DNA of 64,000 bases. Origin: Chiloscyllium plagiosum (lineage: Eukaryota). The notes below the pieces were generated by a model. It saw only the letters and a program-made list of their open reading frames with translations. It was not told where the DNA came from and made no database searches. Positions 63,150 to 64,000 of the stretch are shown here, piece after piece. Location: positions 14,155,771-14,219,770 of the forward strand of contig NC_057740.1 in the NCBI RefSeq assembly GCF_004010195.1, written 5' to 3'. The position numbers and the translations under genes are program-made. How positions within the stretch are numbered: position 1 is the stretch's first letter; each line of letters starts with the position of its first letter.

Positions 63150-64000
63150 TCCAAAGGGCAAGAGTCCCAGCCTTTGTAATTGTCCAAATGATTTGAGCTT
63201 CTTTCTGTGTGGATGAGCGGGGGCTATATGGTAAAGGAGCTAACTAACTATGGCACTGTGGTACAGGAAGCTATTTAAGTGGGGGAAGGGAAAAAGAAGA
63301 AATAGAAGGAAAAAAGCAGGTGTGGGGAAGTAGGTCTGGGAACATGGGATCAATCCCACCGTTACAATTGGTGTAATTTGAATAAAAAATCTCAAATAAG
63401 TACATGTAACCAATGTCATTAAGCAAAAGATTTGACTCACCAATGTCCTTTAGGGGAGAAAATCTGCCATCCTTACCTGGTCTGGCTGACATATTACTCC
63501 AGACCCATAGCAATGCCCACCAAGCAATTAGGAATGGGCAAAAATGAAACATTGGGAAAACAAAGATAGCCGGGAAGAGTATAGTCAGAGGGATTGACAC
63601 TTTTTTCTTGCAGCAAAGTGCTTGAATCCAGATGGCTACATTACCTACCCAGTGAGAGGGTTGAAGACATCTGCTCAGGGCTGGACAGGAACTTGAGGTG
63701 GAAGAGGATCCAATCATTGTAGTCCATATAAGTACTGACATAGGCAGAACAAAAGGTCATTTTGAATAATTACTGATGGAAGAGGCTCCACCTCAATTAT
63801 ACGGAGGTCAGTGATTTCGTCAGCTGCATAAGTAGGTAAGTAGAGTGGATTTTGAACTAAATCATGGGGATAAGGGATCAAATTTGGAAAGATGTCAGAG
63901 TAGAACCAAGGACAATGAGAAAGGTATTAAAATAGGAAATGATAAAAAGACAGCAACATTAAGGGATAGAGCAGAAATCTACAAGTACACAAACAGTAAA
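63150..64000 (+). mobile_element. Decayed CR1 LINE ORF1 (SGNH-esterase-like) region with SINE inserts
   Basis: G-x-SIVRGID and IVVHI-STDIG-like remnants at ~63570-63750. Confidence 0.55.

Overview
Vertebrate genomic DNA, very likely a shark: it carries HE1-type tRNA-derived SINEs, CR1/HER1, L2, RTE, L1 and Tx1 LINEs, and abundant Penelope-like elements (PLEs). There are two N gaps. Two spliced protein-coding genes lie on the minus strand, both largely missed by the ORF track. (1) A complete 3-exon MRPL54 (58264->53910, 130 aa) starts in a CpG island. (2) A MALT1-family paracaspase has 15 coding exons that I assembled by hand from 43781 down to 3617 (~672 codons: death domain, Ig1, Ig2, caspase-like domain with intact His/Cys dyad, Ig3); its last exon lies left of the window. 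The MRPL54 neighbourhood suggests it is the non-mammalian paralogue PCASP2/malt2 rather than MALT1 itself. Introns hold a ~4.3 kb 30-bp minisatellite and more than ten short PLE-terminus insertions, many of them fold-back palindromes with 9-15 bp target duplications and minimal hammerhead-ribozyme cores. All coordinates were read by eye, and human comparisons are from memory rather than from a search.
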